64,000 bases of DNA from Cycas panzhihuaensis (taxonomy: Eukaryota; Plantae; Cycadophyta), in assembly GCA_023213395.1 (NCBI GenBank), contig CM041465.1, positions 229,159,741 to 229,223,740 of the forward strand, given 5' to 3'. This document shows positions 26,701 through 46,504 of this stretch, in pieces (position 1 is the first letter of the stretch; the number at the start of each line of letters is the position of its first letter). The notes below the pieces were generated by a model. The model saw only the letters and a list, made by a program, of their open reading frames with translations, had not been told where the DNA came from and searched no databases. The position numbers and the translations under genes were made by a program.

Positions 26701-27694
26701 TTGTGATAAGCATAGAATAGTTTATTTTCATTACCAAATTAATTTATGTGGTAGTTGTCACCTCTAAAGCCCCCTCTTCCTCCATGGCCTCCTTGAAATC
26801 CACATTGATTTAATGTAAGGGGTTGTTGTTATTGTTGTTATTGGTATTATCTGTATCATTGTTGTTATTTTTGGTGCTATTGTTATTGTTGCATGTCAAA
26901 CTGACATTTGTAGCATTTTAGTTAAATATGGTTATTCTTGCCATAATAATAATAAATAACATTGGCCTTTGATGTGCCAATATTTAAGTTTTTATACTAT
27001 TTATCGAGATTCTATTTAGGAGTCTTCTTACACTTATATTAGGCTATGAATGCACTTGATAGAGATGGTTCATCTTGATGAGAGTAGATTTGCTCCTCTT
27101 ATAGTAAAAAACTTTCAAGTTCATTTAAAGTTATTATGCCAAGTGTATTATCTCATGTGATTGAAGAGATAAAACCGCTATGCTCACTATGTAATGCATG
27201 CCATGTGGTAGTCACAAGGTCATCCTTTAAAGTTAGTTTCCCAAGAGTAGTCAACTCATTATTTATTTCTTTGATTGAAGACAAAAAGACTATATAGGCT
27301 CAATATATCTCAAAGTATATAACTTAGATTTAGTCATTACAGTACATGCATTCTCTTTCCTTTACTACAATAAAATTAAAGTATCCCAAGCTTCTTTTGA
27401 AGTAGAAGCACATGCAATATTTTGATCTATAGTAGAATCTATAATTATATGAAGAAATAGTAAGGCTATTTCATCCTTAGCTTTCTAAGCAGCAACTAAA
27501 ATATGATCAAGATAAATAATTACATTGTTATTAATTAGACTTCTAATTGGAATAGGTTTGGTATTCTTTCCAAATACAAATGCCTAAAACTCATTCATGA
27601 TTAATAAATTTTATATTTGCTTCTTCCACTCTTGGAAGTTATCTTAATTTGATAACTTAATAGTACATGTATTAATCATATTGATGGTAGCCAT
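23790..27694 (-). pseudogene. gag-pol: Copia B gag-pol pseudogene
   Basis: Gag MATINMINTCTIKLSN*DNFQEWKKQI (ATG at 27694); knuckle ~26910-26960; DICGPM (~26055-26075); FIDNFS; TWDLVEL; IFIILYVDDLVIT (~24475-24515); Y*QLVSSLIYLTNTRPD; RTKHIKFH. Confidence 0.9.
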
Positions 27695-27854
27695 AATAAT
27701 AAAGTTAATTGAAAGTTTTTTAAGCTAGAAAATGGCTTAGAGACTCGAGACTTTTGTTGCTTAAGTCCCACCTTCTAATACACTAATAGTCCTGATCATA
27801 TAAAGAAGATTTGATAACTAAAGAGAGTGATAAGAGATAGAGGGATAAATAAGG

Positions 27855-28150
27855 TGCAATAAACCTGAATCAAAAGAAAAAAATCCAATTGCATATAGTA
27901 ACATAAAAGCCAAAATTACATCTAAGAGTATAAAAGTATCTGTAATCACATGTATCGATGGGCCTCTTCGAGGGGGCAACCTCCAATACATAAGATCATA
28001 ATACTTCCAAATGATCCTCACTCCTATATTATATACATATATATAGGGCTATTAAGATTACCCATCTCTTAGACTTATGAATGTGGGATAATTACAAGGA
28101 TATAAATATAAGATTTGAGAAGAAGAGAGATAAGGGTTGGGTTCTTAACA
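27855..28150 (-). repeat. 3' LTR of Gypsy-1
   Basis: tgcaataaacc...cttaaca; repeat of 33646-33938. Confidence 0.93.
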
Positions 28151-28154
28151 AGTT

Positions 28155-31100
28155 CCCCCTCTTTTGAAAAGCTTTACCCTTAAAGCTTAACTAGTCTCAG
28201 ATGCTCTTGAATAAATTTCTCACTTTCCCAAGTTGAATCATCATGTGGAAATAGATTCTATTTGATGAAATACTCTTTGATATCTTGAGAGTGCAGATGC
28301 TTAACCCTTTCCTCCAAAATTTATTTAGGTATTAGTTAAAGCCTCCTTTTATTGTCTAATATTGGCAATTATGTTTATGTATACACTTGCTGCCTAATTA
28401 CCCTTTTAAGACAATATACATGGAAAACATTATAGATTTTAGCTGTTATGGGTAACTCTAAGGCATAAGCCACTTCTCCCACTCGTTTAAGAATTTTATA
28501 AGGCCCATAAAACCTTAGCTCCAACTTGTGTTTACCCTCTCTTTTAAGTGAAGTTTACTTGTATGGTTGCAAGTGTAAGTAACCCTAATCTCCTACTTGA
28601 AACTTTCGTTCACTTCTTCATTTATCTTCTTGTTGTTTCATTTAGTTCTAACCCAAGTTAAGGTTTTCCTTCATCATCTTGAGTATCTTTGTGGTTTGTT
28701 GTAGATGTTCCTCCACTACTTGAACTCTAGAATTATCTATGGTATAGTTCTTAATAAATGGTGGTTCACACCCATATAATGCCTAGAAGGGAGTTGTTCT
28801 TGTTGCCATATGGTAAGTAGTATTATACTACCATTCTTCCATGGGAAGCCAATGATTCCATTGATTTTATTTATCTGACACATAGCATTATAAATATCCT
28901 TCTAAACATTTGTTAACCACCTCCATTTGTCCATTCATTTGTGGGTGGTATATTGTGCTCATTGTTAGCATGGTACCTAAAGCTTGGAAGAGTTCAGTCC
29001 AGAAAATACTTGTGAACTTTGGGTCTCTGTCACTAACAATCTTCTTAGGTATTCCATAGAGCTAATGTATCTCTTTTAAGAAAATCTTGGTAATTTGTTT
29101 TGCCTTATAAGTAGACTGGATTCCACAAAAATGAGCATACTTTGTTAATCTATCAACAACCACAAGGATGGAATCCCTCCCATCCAATTTTGGTAATCCA
29201 ATGATGAAGTCCATGGATATTTCTTCCCATCTTTGATTTGGTATAGGGAGTGGATGTAATAGACTAAGCATCTTGCTCATTTCACCCTTTTTTCATTAGC
29301 ACACTTTACAAGTTGCAATCCATCTTTTGGTATCTTGCTTGAGCCCATTCCAATAGAAGGATTGCTTAATCCATTAGTAAGTCTTTAGGAATCCAAAATG
29401 GCATGCTATTGAAGAGGCATATACATCATGCCATATCTTCTCCTTAATCTTGGAATTAGGACTAAGATATATTCTATTTTTATACCACAAGATATTTGCT
29501 ACCCGTGAAAAGCTTTTATGACTATCTTGATTAACCTATAGATCCTATATTAATTGCTTTATCTTAGTATCCTTTTTCCATTCTTCCCTTGCCTCCTCGA
29601 TCCATGAAGGGGTAACTATTATTAATACATATAATATAGAATCTCCTTCCTTTCGTGATAGGGTGTCAGCTGCTATATTTTCCTTCCCTTTTTTATATAT
29701 GATTTCAAAATCAAAACCTTGCCTTTTAGAGATCCATTTTTGTTGTTCCTTAGAATCTACCCTTTGGTCTAGGAAATACTTCAAGCTTTCATGGTCTGTC
29801 TTTATTTTGAAATGGGTTTCGAGTAAATATTGGCATAATTTTTGAATTGCTTGTAGGATTGCCATCATCTCTTTTTCATATGTAGACTTGACTAAGTCCC
29901 TGGACTTCAATTTTTTACTTTCAAAGGCTATGGGCCTCTCTTCTTGCATGAGAACTACTCCAATACCTTGTCCTGAGGCATCACATTCAATGATAAATGT
30001 TTTAGTAAAGTTAGGAGTTTCTAAAATTGGTGTGGTAGTCATGGATACCTTTAGGCTCTCAAAGGCTTCAATAGATGTATCTGTCCATATGAATTAATCT
30101 TTCTTTAATAATTATGTCAAGGGTACTACAATCTTGGCATAACCTTTAACAAATTTTTGGTAGTGCCCTGTTAAACCCAAGAATCCACGTATCCCTTTGA
30201 TGTTTTTCAGTTATGGCCAATTTACTATGGCTTTAATCTTCCTTGGATCGACCTTGGCTCCTTCTTGTGAGATGATATGCCCTAAGTACTCTACTTCATG
30301 CCTTCCAAAGTTATATTTTGATCTATTTGCAAAGAGTTTATTGTCTTCTAATAATTATATAGCCTTATCAACATGTTGAAGATGTTCTTCCTTTGTCTGA
30401 CTATACACTAAGATGTTGTCAAAGAACACCAAGATAAACTTTCTTAGATAAGGTCAAAAGATTTTATTCATAAACGCTTGGAATATGACTGATGTATTGG
30501 TTAAGCCAAAAGGTATGACTAGGAATTCATAGTGGCCTTCATGGGTGCGAAAAGTTATTTTGTGAGCATCAGTAGCCTTGATTCTAATTTGGTGATATCC
30601 ATATTTTAAATCTATGGTGGTGAAAAGGGTTGCTCCATTCAATTCATCTAACTCATCAATCACTAGTATGGGGAATTTATCTTTAATAGTAATTTTATTT
30701 AATTCCTGATAATCCACACACATACAAAAGGATCCATCCTTCTTTTTTACCAATATTACTGGTGCTGAAAATGTGCTCTTACTTTCCCTGATAGCCACAA
30801 CTTCAAGACGTTCATGTACCAATTTTTCAATTTCATTCTTCTGCTGATAAGGATATCTATAAGGTTAGATTCTAGGTGGATTGCTACCAGCAATGAGTTC
30901 AATGGCATGATCTTGTTCTCTTTCTAGAGGAAGCCCCTTAGGAATGTCTTTGAAAACCTTACTATGTTTGACTAACACTTCTTACAATTTAGGTGTTAGG
31001 TTATTGTCCTTATAAAGATCTTCCTTTGCTATTAACTCATGCCCTTTTACTGCATAACATCTAGCTATAAGTTCCATTCCTCCTTTTCTTAAAAGCTTCT

Positions 31101-32520
31101 CCATCCTATGTGAACTAATGACCTATGATGGAGGTGGGATAATTCCATTGAGCTGGTACTGTTACCCTCCTGAGTTAAAATGGATGAATAATTCATCTAA
31201 GTTGAGTTGAAAAGTACTTAATATTTGTAGCTATTGTACTCCTAAAACCACATTGACTCCTCCCACTAGAATGGAATACATTGAGGAAGCTAATTGGTAA
31301 TCTCTCATAGTTATTTTAATATTATGACATTTACTTCCATAGGCTAATGTACCACCATTAGCAACCATCACTTGAAAATCCTTAACTGGAGAAGGAAAAT
31401 AATTTAATTCTTTTATAAGTTTCTTATTAATAAAATTATGTATGCTTCCTAAATCAATTAAGATGACTACCCTTTTTTTCTTGATGTATCCTATAATCTT
31501 CAAGGTCTGTAGAACTATAATCCCTGCTAAATCATGGACAGATATTGTAGTTGTGTTCTCTTCTTTAATGTCTAGTGGTTCAGGAGTAGTTTCATGTTCT
31601 ATAATAGCTTCTTCTAGATCTTCTTCATGTGTATCTTTAATGACAAATAGTTATCTTTATAAACACTTATGATCTTTATTCCACTTCTCATTTCATCAAA
31701 AATAAATACCTTTTAGCTTTTTCTTATCCATTTCTTTAGCTGTCATCCTTCGTATTGTAAGAATGTATGGGCTTCTTTTTTCTTCCCCCATCCTATTATA
31801 TTTTTGGGTAGCCCTATTTTTAGCGTCAATTTCTCAAGATGTTATGATTACTTCTGTTAGGATACTCAATTCTAGCAAGTGTAATTCATATCGTATATCT
31901 TCTTTTAAACCCCCAATGTAGAGTTGAAGTAATTTTTTATTACTAAGATCATCAACTAGGGTGGCCAATTTTTGGTGTTCTATAGTGTATTATGATACTA
32001 TTCCTTCTTGTTTTAGTTTAGGCAACTAACTAAAATAGTCATCATCCTAAATATTATCAAATTGCACTAAAAGATCCTTCACAAAATTTTCCCACTTATA
32101 TAATATTCCTTTACACTTCTTTTTTACCCATTGGTACCACTAGAAGGGTTCTGATTCCATATGTAAACAAGCTAAGATGATTATTTTATCAGATGGTACT
32201 TGATGAAGACTAAAAAATTGTTCCATTTGGCTAACCCAAGTCTTAACATCTTTTCCATTAAATTTCCCAATTTCCACTTTAGGGAGAAAATTGGATCATA
32301 TCCCTCCTTGGTCATAGTGATCACCTTCACTCCCTATCTTATCCTTTCCCTTCTAAAATCCCTTATTATATTTTTATAATTCCAATTGACTTGTAATATT
32401 TTAAAGGGTTTTTTCAATTTCACCTTCAAACTTACCTATCCTTAAGTCCAATTATTCTTGAACGGCCTCCTTAATTACATTGATATATTCATCCCATGTT
32501 GGGTCATTTTTTAGGGCCAT
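28155..32520 (-). pseudogene. gag-pol: Gypsy-1 gag-PR-RT-RH-IN-chromodomain pseudogene
   Basis: Protease VVILIDLGSIHNFI (31231-31503); [21 protein letters not shown]...GYHQIR...[19 protein letters not shown] and FFDNILVYS; RNase H IECDASGQGIGVVL...YEKEM...TDH; integrase [11 protein letters not shown]...[12 protein letters not shown]; chromodomain-like EYFIK*NLFPHDDSTWE (~28220-28280). Confidence 0.92.
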
Positions 32521-33645
32521 GGTTATAAGATCGGATCGAAGTTGAATATTTACTTTATAAAAGGTATCTAGAAAAAATGTATTTACAAAAAATAATCCAA
32601 CTAAAGTTTAGTCACTGGTGTTAAATTGATTAAGACCAATAACATAGGGATTTTTAGGTCTGGGATTATCTAGTTTATAGGCCCTCCAATATATTGATCC
32701 CAGTTATAAACAGTATCATATTGTAGAGGCTAATGCTCTACTCTATAGTCATGCTACCCTATCTCTAAGGTATATGGAGAGTAACTTCTTAGGGCTAACT
32801 ACTTACTGGTGCACTATAAATTATAGAGAACTGACAGGTCTCCTATGGTTACCTATACTAGGAATACCTATCTAGGAGGATCCTCCTATATACTTGTAGG
32901 TACGTGGAGGCTTAATTTCGTAACTGAGTTCTATCTAAGGCTTGGTATAGGAGTGTGATCTCTAGCCCTTCACATAAGGGCAGAAAAGCCATAATGTACT
33001 TAGCCCAAAATGACAGTTCCCCATGATATTTATAGACCCCTAGTATAAGGTCTCTAGCCTATACCAACTAAAAAGATTATGAACAAAAAGTAAACTACTA
33101 TAAATTATTAAGAGAAAACGATAAAACTATTTCTCTCTAAAAAATATAGTTAAAAAATACATCAAATATAGATTAAAATGATGGCCTCTAAAATATGATT
33201 CCAATAGTTTAGACGAAATTGAATTCTGATATCTAGATCAAAAGTTATGACTCTTTTAAGAAATTCACTATTAGGGTTTCTAGGGACTACAATAGTACCT
33301 ATTGGTAAAATGCCAATAACTTTTAACTATGAACTCTTATCAACTCAAAACCACTTCCATCAGAAAGTAAATTAAAAAATACATAATAAAATAAATAAAA
33401 ATTTAAGGTCATTTGTATATTTATAGCTAAAGTTATGACTATTTGAAGTTGAGGTTATACACCTATCCTAAAAATACAGTGATGGAAAAGAAGTAGGTCA
33501 AAATTAATTTTACTATAATTTTTACACTTTTACCCCAAAATATATAGTGCAACCCATCAAAATTTATAGAGCAAACAATTTCATCACAAATTCACCCTCC
33601 AAAAACCCTTAATGACACCTCCCAGATCACTTCTCTTATACCAAT

Positions 33646-33938
33646 TATAATAAACCTAAATTAAAAGAGAGAAACCTAATTGCATATGGTAATACAAAAG
33701 CCAAAATTATATATAAGAGTATAAAAGTATCTATAATCACATGTATCAATGGGCCTCTTCGAGGGAACAACCTCTAATACATAAGATCATAATACTTATA
33801 GATGATCCTCACTCCTATATTACATACATATATATAGGGCTATTAAGATTGCCCATCTCTTAGACTTATGAATGTGGAATAATTATAATATTGGAAATCT
33901 AAGATTTAAGAAGAGAGATAATGGTTAGGTTCTTAATA
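33646..33938 (-). repeat. 5' LTR of Gypsy-1
   Basis: Repeat of 27855-28150; the termini have decayed from TG to TA and from CA to TA. Confidence 0.92.
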
Positions 33939-35827
33939 TAAGGAGTTAGTCCAACTCTGATCTTTCTAGATAGATCCAATAGTTGGCCAAGACAAATATA
34001 GGACAAGCAAAGTTAGGTTAATCTATATGATCATATCATGCTTTCCTTGTGATTCATAACCCTAATAACACCCCTTTTAAACCTCCTTTTCTCTAAGATG
34101 AATTTTAATAGTTGTGCATAGACCATATAATCAATTAGTCGCCTAGGGAATGCACTAAGCTTGAAATTTTTAGAGCTAAGTTTTAAACCTTTTTTAGGCC
34201 TCTCTAATAATATTTTAAAGTATTTTTTTAATTTTTAACATAAACTTAAGATAAATTGCTTAAGTACATGATAATATTGATTTATAATACTTGATAAAAC
34301 TCAATATAAGAGGGCTTCAAATGAAGCAAATTAAGTACATAAAAGAACAGTTAAAGTGTTATAAAAAAACACTTAAAAAAAAAGTACTAAATGCCAAATA
34401 AAGAGATACTATCTTGTTTATTATGCTTTGAGTGATTTTATTTTAATGAGAAGAAATGACCATAAAATACTAATTTTAATGATGTACACTAAGAGAACAA
34501 GTCACCACAATAATGTTAGGACTTTAAAGTAGTCCTAACCAGTCCCATATAATGCAATTTTTTAATTTAAAAAAGTGATTTTAAGCCTTCTTATGAAGTA
34601 GGACATGAAGGCCACCATGTAAGGAGCCTTAGAAAATTAAGTACAATGTTATTTTTTTCATGAAAAGTATATAAATGACTAAAAAATCACTTGTTTTGAG
34701 TTAATTTTTACACTTACAAAATTTTTAATATGTAAAAATGACTCAAAAAAATATAAAGAGGTTGAAATTGCTTTTAAAAAGGATGAAATGATATTAAAAT
34801 AATAAAAAAAAAAAAAACTTTAAGAAAATAAAGTTTATAAAATATAGAATATCCTATGGTGTATGGTCATTATTATAACTTAAGGTTATAAATCAATAGC
34901 TTAAAAAATAAAAATAAAAATATTACAAAGTCCTTCCATGGTGACAAAGCTACGATAAATTTTTTGTTCAATTTTAGTTAAATATTTGTCAACCAATCAA
35001 ATTTTATAGTGTGTGGGAATATGACAGGGTCGAGTAGATATTGTGAGATGCCACTACATATAAATATGGCTTACAGAGATGGCACAAATAGCTACTAAGT
35101 AGGAAGAAGCCACTCAGCTATGGGAGAAAGAAAAAATGCCATGCAACTTTGAAAGCCAACAATAGCAGTGATATTAAATCACCCAATTATTGTAGGAAGT
35201 TAACTTCATACTTATTACAGTGATGGTATAGCACAAAGCCTACAAGATATTAGGATCTTAGATCAATGATAAAGGAATGAGTTTCCCATCATAGAAAAAA
35301 TGCCCTGATCAATGGAAGATCCACCCTAAGAATAGAGTAAGGAGGCATCCAGCTAATGCTTAACATGCCACACCAGTTGGGAAAATATTAGACAAAGATG
35401 CTCTCAATAGAGATTAGCTCTACAAACTAACCCTAAGGTCATAACACTACATAGTATGTAGAATGTATACTAATCTCAGAGAAAAAGGTGCATAGTAACA
35501 GGTTTTTTACAACAAATTTTATCCTTTAGGCTATATTACTCTTGATTAGATGTTAAGAAAGCTTGCAATAAAAGTTTTTATAATGCAGAGAAAGAGAAAA
35601 AATAGAAGAATTTCTTTATATTTCTTTATTGAAAGAACAAACTAAACTTCTAAAAAAAAAAGAAAATAAATCTATTAATTTCTAACCTACAAATATCTAA
35701 AAATAATGAAAAATTATAGGAAAATAAACCAAACTTAGCCTTGGATAACCTTTAGAGAGTGAAAGTTATCACCAAAGTTTGGAACCCACTTTCAAACTTG
35801 AAATAGCTAAGAACTCCTCTTCAACAT

Positions 35828-35839
35828 GCTCTGATACTA
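35828..35839 (-). promoter_or_regulatory. tRNA-iMet PBS of Copia B
   Basis: gctctgatacta matches the reverse complement of tggtatcagagc at 11/12 positions; 2 nt from the LTR. Confidence 0.85.
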
Positions 35840-35841
35840 AA

Positions 35842-36427
35842 TGTTGAAGATATCACTCAACCTTCATACTAATAGATGATGAGCACAACCCTTAGGATTT
35901 CATGAAGAGGAAATTTACTGACATAAGAAGATGATTAACATCTATACCAAGTAGGTATAAATATAGGTACCTAAGCAAGTATTAAGTAAATAAACTCAAG
36001 CACAAGATGAACACAAAATATAGAGGAGTAAGAATTTGTCCTCACTCCAAAATAAGCAAGATTAACTTGGATTCACAGTTGCAATATAAAAATATAATAC
36101 TCACTCACTTCATCATGTGATACATGACATATGACTTCCTTATATATAATTGAAGGAGGACCTTGGATGGGTGGATGTTTGACAAACATCAAACATCCAA
36201 ATTATGCCCTTTGCATGTGGGACAAGTGTCCCTTGGATTGTCTTTATAAGCAAAAGTATATGAGGGTATATCGACCCTTAAGTTACAATATTATATCACT
36301 AGAAAGAATGTGGGTACACAGTTTATCACATTAGGTGATTAGTCACCCTTATATAAAGTTACATAAAGTACATAAATAATATAATATAAAGTATAATGCT
36401 TAATATATAAATATAAATGTCTTAATA
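35842..36427 (-). repeat. 5' LTR of Copia B
   Basis: Repeat of 23168-23750, next to the PBS. Confidence 0.92.
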
Positions 36428-36835
36428 CTTAGAGATTATTTCTATTGAGTATAAAATGTTTGGCCTAGTGGTTGCAAGATAAATGAGGTTGCCAACCAAT
36501 TATCTCTATAAAATTTTATCAACTTTTTATTCACCTTTGCCTATAGTCAGGATACACTCTATATCCATTAGGATTATATAGGCATTATAATATTTTATTT
36601 TAAATTTTTAAGGAGTTTTTTTACATATTTTTCCTAGGATACAAATGTAGAATCTTTTCTTTGATCTACTTTAATATCAAGATAGTGATAAAGTAATCCC
36701 ATGTTTGTCATTTCAAACACATTTTTCATCTAGATTTTTACTTAATAAATTATGTTATTATCATTTTCGATAACTATCATATCATCTATATAAACTACTA
36801 TAATATTGATTAGACCACTTTTATTTACTTACACA
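36428..36835 (-). pseudogene. pol: Host Copia C RT fragment (continuation across the B insertion)
   Basis: IIVVYIDDMIVI (~36770-36805), FEMTNMGLL and LVGNLIYLATTRPNILYSIEIIS; joins in frame to the segment left of 23167. Confidence 0.87.
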
Positions 36836-37869
36836 TGACTTCCTTTGGTTTGTATTATGCCCATTGCATGGGTATAGGTAATGGTATAATAAGGTATAAA
36901 CATAGTCACTTATCCTATATGCTCAACACATTGCTGAATAAGATTTTTGTGATGCCTCCTCCTTAGTTTTGCATCAAGTATGTAAATCACTACTTAGCCA
37001 AATATGTATAGATCTATTCTCATTACCAAAATTTGTATATCCATGGTTTTTAGTCAGACATGTAGGTCTCTTCTCTTTTAGGCCTATAACTCCCTTCAAC
37101 TATCATGTCTCCCTTGTTACAATGGATTGATATCAAATTGCCCTACCCAACTCTCTCTTTAGTGGATTAGTATCATATCACTTATACTATGATTTTTATC
37201 ATATCATTGCCCAACTCTTTATCTATTATGATATATTGTGATCATAAGAATATTCCCTTTGTAGAACCCTCATCACTACTCTATAGGCTAGATCACCTAC
37301 CATCTATGCTTGCTATGATTTATAAATGGGTAACAAATATATCCACAATAGTACCTGCCATCTGCTAAGTTCTCTTATCAGCCTCTCAGGTTGGATGATG
37401 ACCATTGCTCACTTATCCTCATGATGCTTATGCACATATCTACCATGTAAAAGATAACATTTCCTATACCCACAAGTAGTGATTAGTGCTCCTACCCTTG
37501 ATTCTATGTCTCTTACTACTAATTTCAAGGAAGTCTCCCATATAATTGCTTATATAGAGGGGTGATAAAAATAAGCTTGCATATAAAACATAAAGATTAG
37601 ATCTCCAAGGAAGTAGATGGATCTAAGACTAGTTTGAAATGTATCCACATCTAATAATAGGTTATAATAGAGAATATATACTAATAAATAGTGAGCTCAA
37701 GAATAAGCCAAATGAAAAAACATTAAAAAAGATAACAAGTCCCTTAAAGTAATAGAATTAACTAAATATTAAAGCATGCATCATGAGTTATAGTTTTCCT
37801 TATTTGTAGGTACTGAAATAGCTTCTTTATTAAAAAAAAAAAAACACTTCCTAATAATAATAATAATAA

Positions 37870-43100
<5,231 letters not shown>

Positions 43101-43214
43101 TACTTCTTAGGTTTTGCAACTTTTTTCTAGATTCTATGTTATCCCCTTATTATGTGCTACTTATATTTTGGGATTGAGATAAGATCTATCATTAATTATA
43201 GTGGTGTTGATTTG

Positions 43215-43443
43215 TCTTGTGGTGATTTACTTAACCTTAGATTCTAGATAGTATATACCACTATTTAGAAATAGTTTCCCTTGTATAACTATCAATTTCT
43301 ATAATTTCACACGAGTTTTATGTCTCTTGTAGTGATTTGCTTAACTTTAGATTGTAGATAATATATGCCACTATTTTAGAGATAGTTTACCTCTTATGGC
43401 TAGCAATTTCTATAATTTCCCACATTAATTCTACATCTCTTGT
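43215..43443. repeat. ~110-bp tandem duplication upstream of the Gypsy-2 gag
   Basis: tcttgtRgtgatttRcttaac...caatttctataatttc starts at 43215 and 43325; a third start tcttgt is at 43438. Confidence 0.8.
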
Positions 43444-46400
43444 TGCATAGTACATGTTAGAACCTAAATTACAACAATTACATGTAGAGTCAATCTCAAT
43501 TGACTACCTTATTAATAGGGTTCCTTATATGGTTTCTTTATTTTTGAATGTATAGTAGTATTTAAGATGTCTAATTTTCCTATTAGGTCTAGACTTCATT
43601 AAATGGGGACTAATTCCTTATCAAATTAAAGGTTTTCCTGTAAGACTTAGGCCTTATAGTCCATTTGATAAATGAAATGGTGAATCAATTAATGAAAATC
43701 TAAGAGAAGGCATAAAACCATCTCTCAAGAAGAGACCTATTTAACAATAATTTAATGCATTGAAACAATAATTATATGCTCTCTAATGAAAAGAATGACT
43801 AGATGTCATGTTAAAGGGGACTTGATGGCCACACAATTAAAAAGGAATAATATAATAGCTAATTAAAATAGCTAAAATTTAAATAACAAGATGGATTAAC
43901 AAAATAAAAATGAGTTCACTAAAATAAAAATGAAATGAAAGAGATAAATTGTTAAACTATTAAATAATTAGTTGGGTGTTGGGGCACATCAATAAGTATC
44001 TACCTTACAGTATTGGAAGTCCCAAGTTTAACATCCATAGAGAGTTATAGGGAAGAACTAGATGAAATTGTGATAAACTCTAATAAGCAGGGATCTAATT
44101 CCCTCCACACAATACATACCATTAAAAAAAATTAATTAATTAAATAATTAAACTAACAAAAAAAATAACAAATGTAATTTAACTAGTTAATTGACTAGCA
44201 ACTAATTAAATAATAATTACTAATAATAAAATAATAATAATAATTAATAAAAGATCAACAAGGTAGTGACTAGTTAAATTAAAAAAAAACATCAAGAGAG
44301 ATATTAAACTAAGTGAGGAGATGAAAAGTGAATATAATAATAAAAATAAAATAATAAAACAAAACACGAGAGAAAAATAAATGGAATAATACTCAATGAA
44401 AATTAGTAATAAGGGTAAGTACTATGAAAACAAAAAGAAAATGTGCCTGGTGGTGTGCTTCCCTGCTAATTCACCACGGTCTGTTATTGCTGCTTTATTC
44501 CTCATGCTAATGCCTGAGTTTTATTAATATCACATTCTTTTCATGGTGGTCAAGGAGTTAGGGGTTCATTTTAATTATAGACATCACATGCCAAGGCCAA
44601 TCAATGTAGTGGATCTACCCCAAATATGGATGTTGCGACCATGGACTGCCATATATGTCATAGTGCATCAAATCTAATGTCACAACTAATAAGGTTAATA
44701 CATAGGCAAAGGTTTTATGCCAAGGTTAATATCACAGAGATTATAGAGTGTTAAGGATGAACACTAAGGTGTCATAACGGTGGAGGCTATGCTAAGGCCC
44801 ATGTCACCAGGGATCTTCCAAAGGTGCATATATGAATCACATAAAAATGCAACAAGTCACAGTGAATGATACAATGATGTCATAACAATGGAGGCTAACA
44901 TCATGTGCTAATAGTTTTGAGAAGTAATAATGTAATATATGTCCTTTACGTGATCTTATATATAACAGTTAACCTTCTATAATACTATTTACACATGCAC
45001 CACTTCATAATTTTTTCAACCATTTAATATTATATAGCATATCACATATCAATATAAAAATATTTATATAAAATGAAATAGAAACACTTATCTTTTATGG
45101 GTAAATAAGCCAAATTTCTTAGAAAGATTCACTATCCAATCATTTTTCTTTTTTTTTTGAGAACATGCCCTATACTAAGACATATGAAATGAATGCAAAA
45201 GTATTATTTATTACAACAAAATTTCTTTCTATAAATAATCACAAACTCATAGGCATATAACCATGAAATCACACAAACACATAAATCTATGCTTAAGCAT
45301 AAAACACCTTACATTATATTAATAAGGTTCGGTCAAGCCATAATAATTATGTATTATGTTCAAATGCTCAACGATAACATATGGCAAACATTATCGTGCC
45401 AAAGGATAAGATTTTTATGTAAGCCTCAAATATTTTGATATGCAAAAACCATCAAATATTTAGCACCTTTTCTTTTTATATCAAAAGTCAACTACCTTTG
45501 CCTTAATTATCTTTTAGCCAAAACCAAGTTAGTTAAGAGGGTTAATGATGTAATTAGTAGCTAAACACCCTTCTAATAGAATTCTAGAGATGAGGTATAT
45601 ATCGCACATAGGTTTAGGTGCATTTAAGACTTTACCAACTCACTTACTAATTATATAGGCTTTCCAATGAAGATGACACTAGGGTCAACACTTAAAACTT
45701 CCCCCATTGGCTTCCTCCTTTTCTCATGTCATGTGCACTCCACTATTTCTATTGAATAATCTAATCTTTATTTATTAAAAAATATTTATATTATTTACAA
45801 AACGTATGGATATCTAGCCTTTAAATGTTTATACATACCCATGCATCTTGCCACTAATGTCATATATTTATCATAATATAAAATTTAAAACATGCTAAGG
45901 TGTAACCCCATACCTAATGGGGCAATTCATTAGGCTCTTAGTTTACAATAAAGGGGTGATTATATGATGTCATAACCAAGGAATATAAAGCATCAATAGC
46001 ATGTACTACAAATATACACTAGAATGCATAATATATACTAAGGGGTATTGTAATATAGGTAAATTATTATGAACCTAAAATTATGGAAATTAGCTCCAAA
46101 TAGGACCCAACTTGATGACTATTTATATGAGAGCCCATAAATAGAAAAGTAACTTTGAAACTATTGTTATTATTTAGGATAATGGCTTAATGTTATTGTG
46201 GTACTCTGGTGCCTTAAAAGAGTCCTCACCTAGAAGAGGATTGATCATCTAAGACTTTCGTTTAATTTATATACTAGTCTAAATATTATTTTTATATAAT
46301 TTTTATATTTTTACTGTAATTCATTATGGGCATGCCACAAATGATATCAAAGTCAACTATTGGCATTGGGTTGGCAGCTTATTTATTCTTTTGTTCTATT

Positions 46401-46504
46401 GTCAATTTTGTTTATAGGTATTTTTGTTCCTTTTTTAACTCCTAACATCATAGGGAATTACCTTTACATCCTAATTGTTAACTCCCTATAATATTTATAT
46501 TTTC

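Larger units (their letters stand above)
27855..33938 (-). mobile_element. Ty3/Gypsy chromovirus (Reina-like) with both LTRs, nested in the 5' UTR of Copia B
   Basis: LTRs 27855-28150 and 33646-33938; perfect TSD taagg (27850-27854 / 33939-33943); PBS-like ctcttatacca (33633-33643); PPT complement agttcccccctctttt (28151 onward). The 6.1-kb size and a pol frame ending at the PPT suggest Reina. Confidence 0.93.
23168..36427 (-). mobile_element. Ty1/Copia element B, nested in Copia C and itself interrupted by a Gypsy
   Basis: LTRs 23168-23750 and 35842-36427; TSD cctag (23163-23167) / cttag (36428-36432); PBS gctctgatacta (35828-35839); poly-C PPT complement at 23751-23769. Confidence 0.93.
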
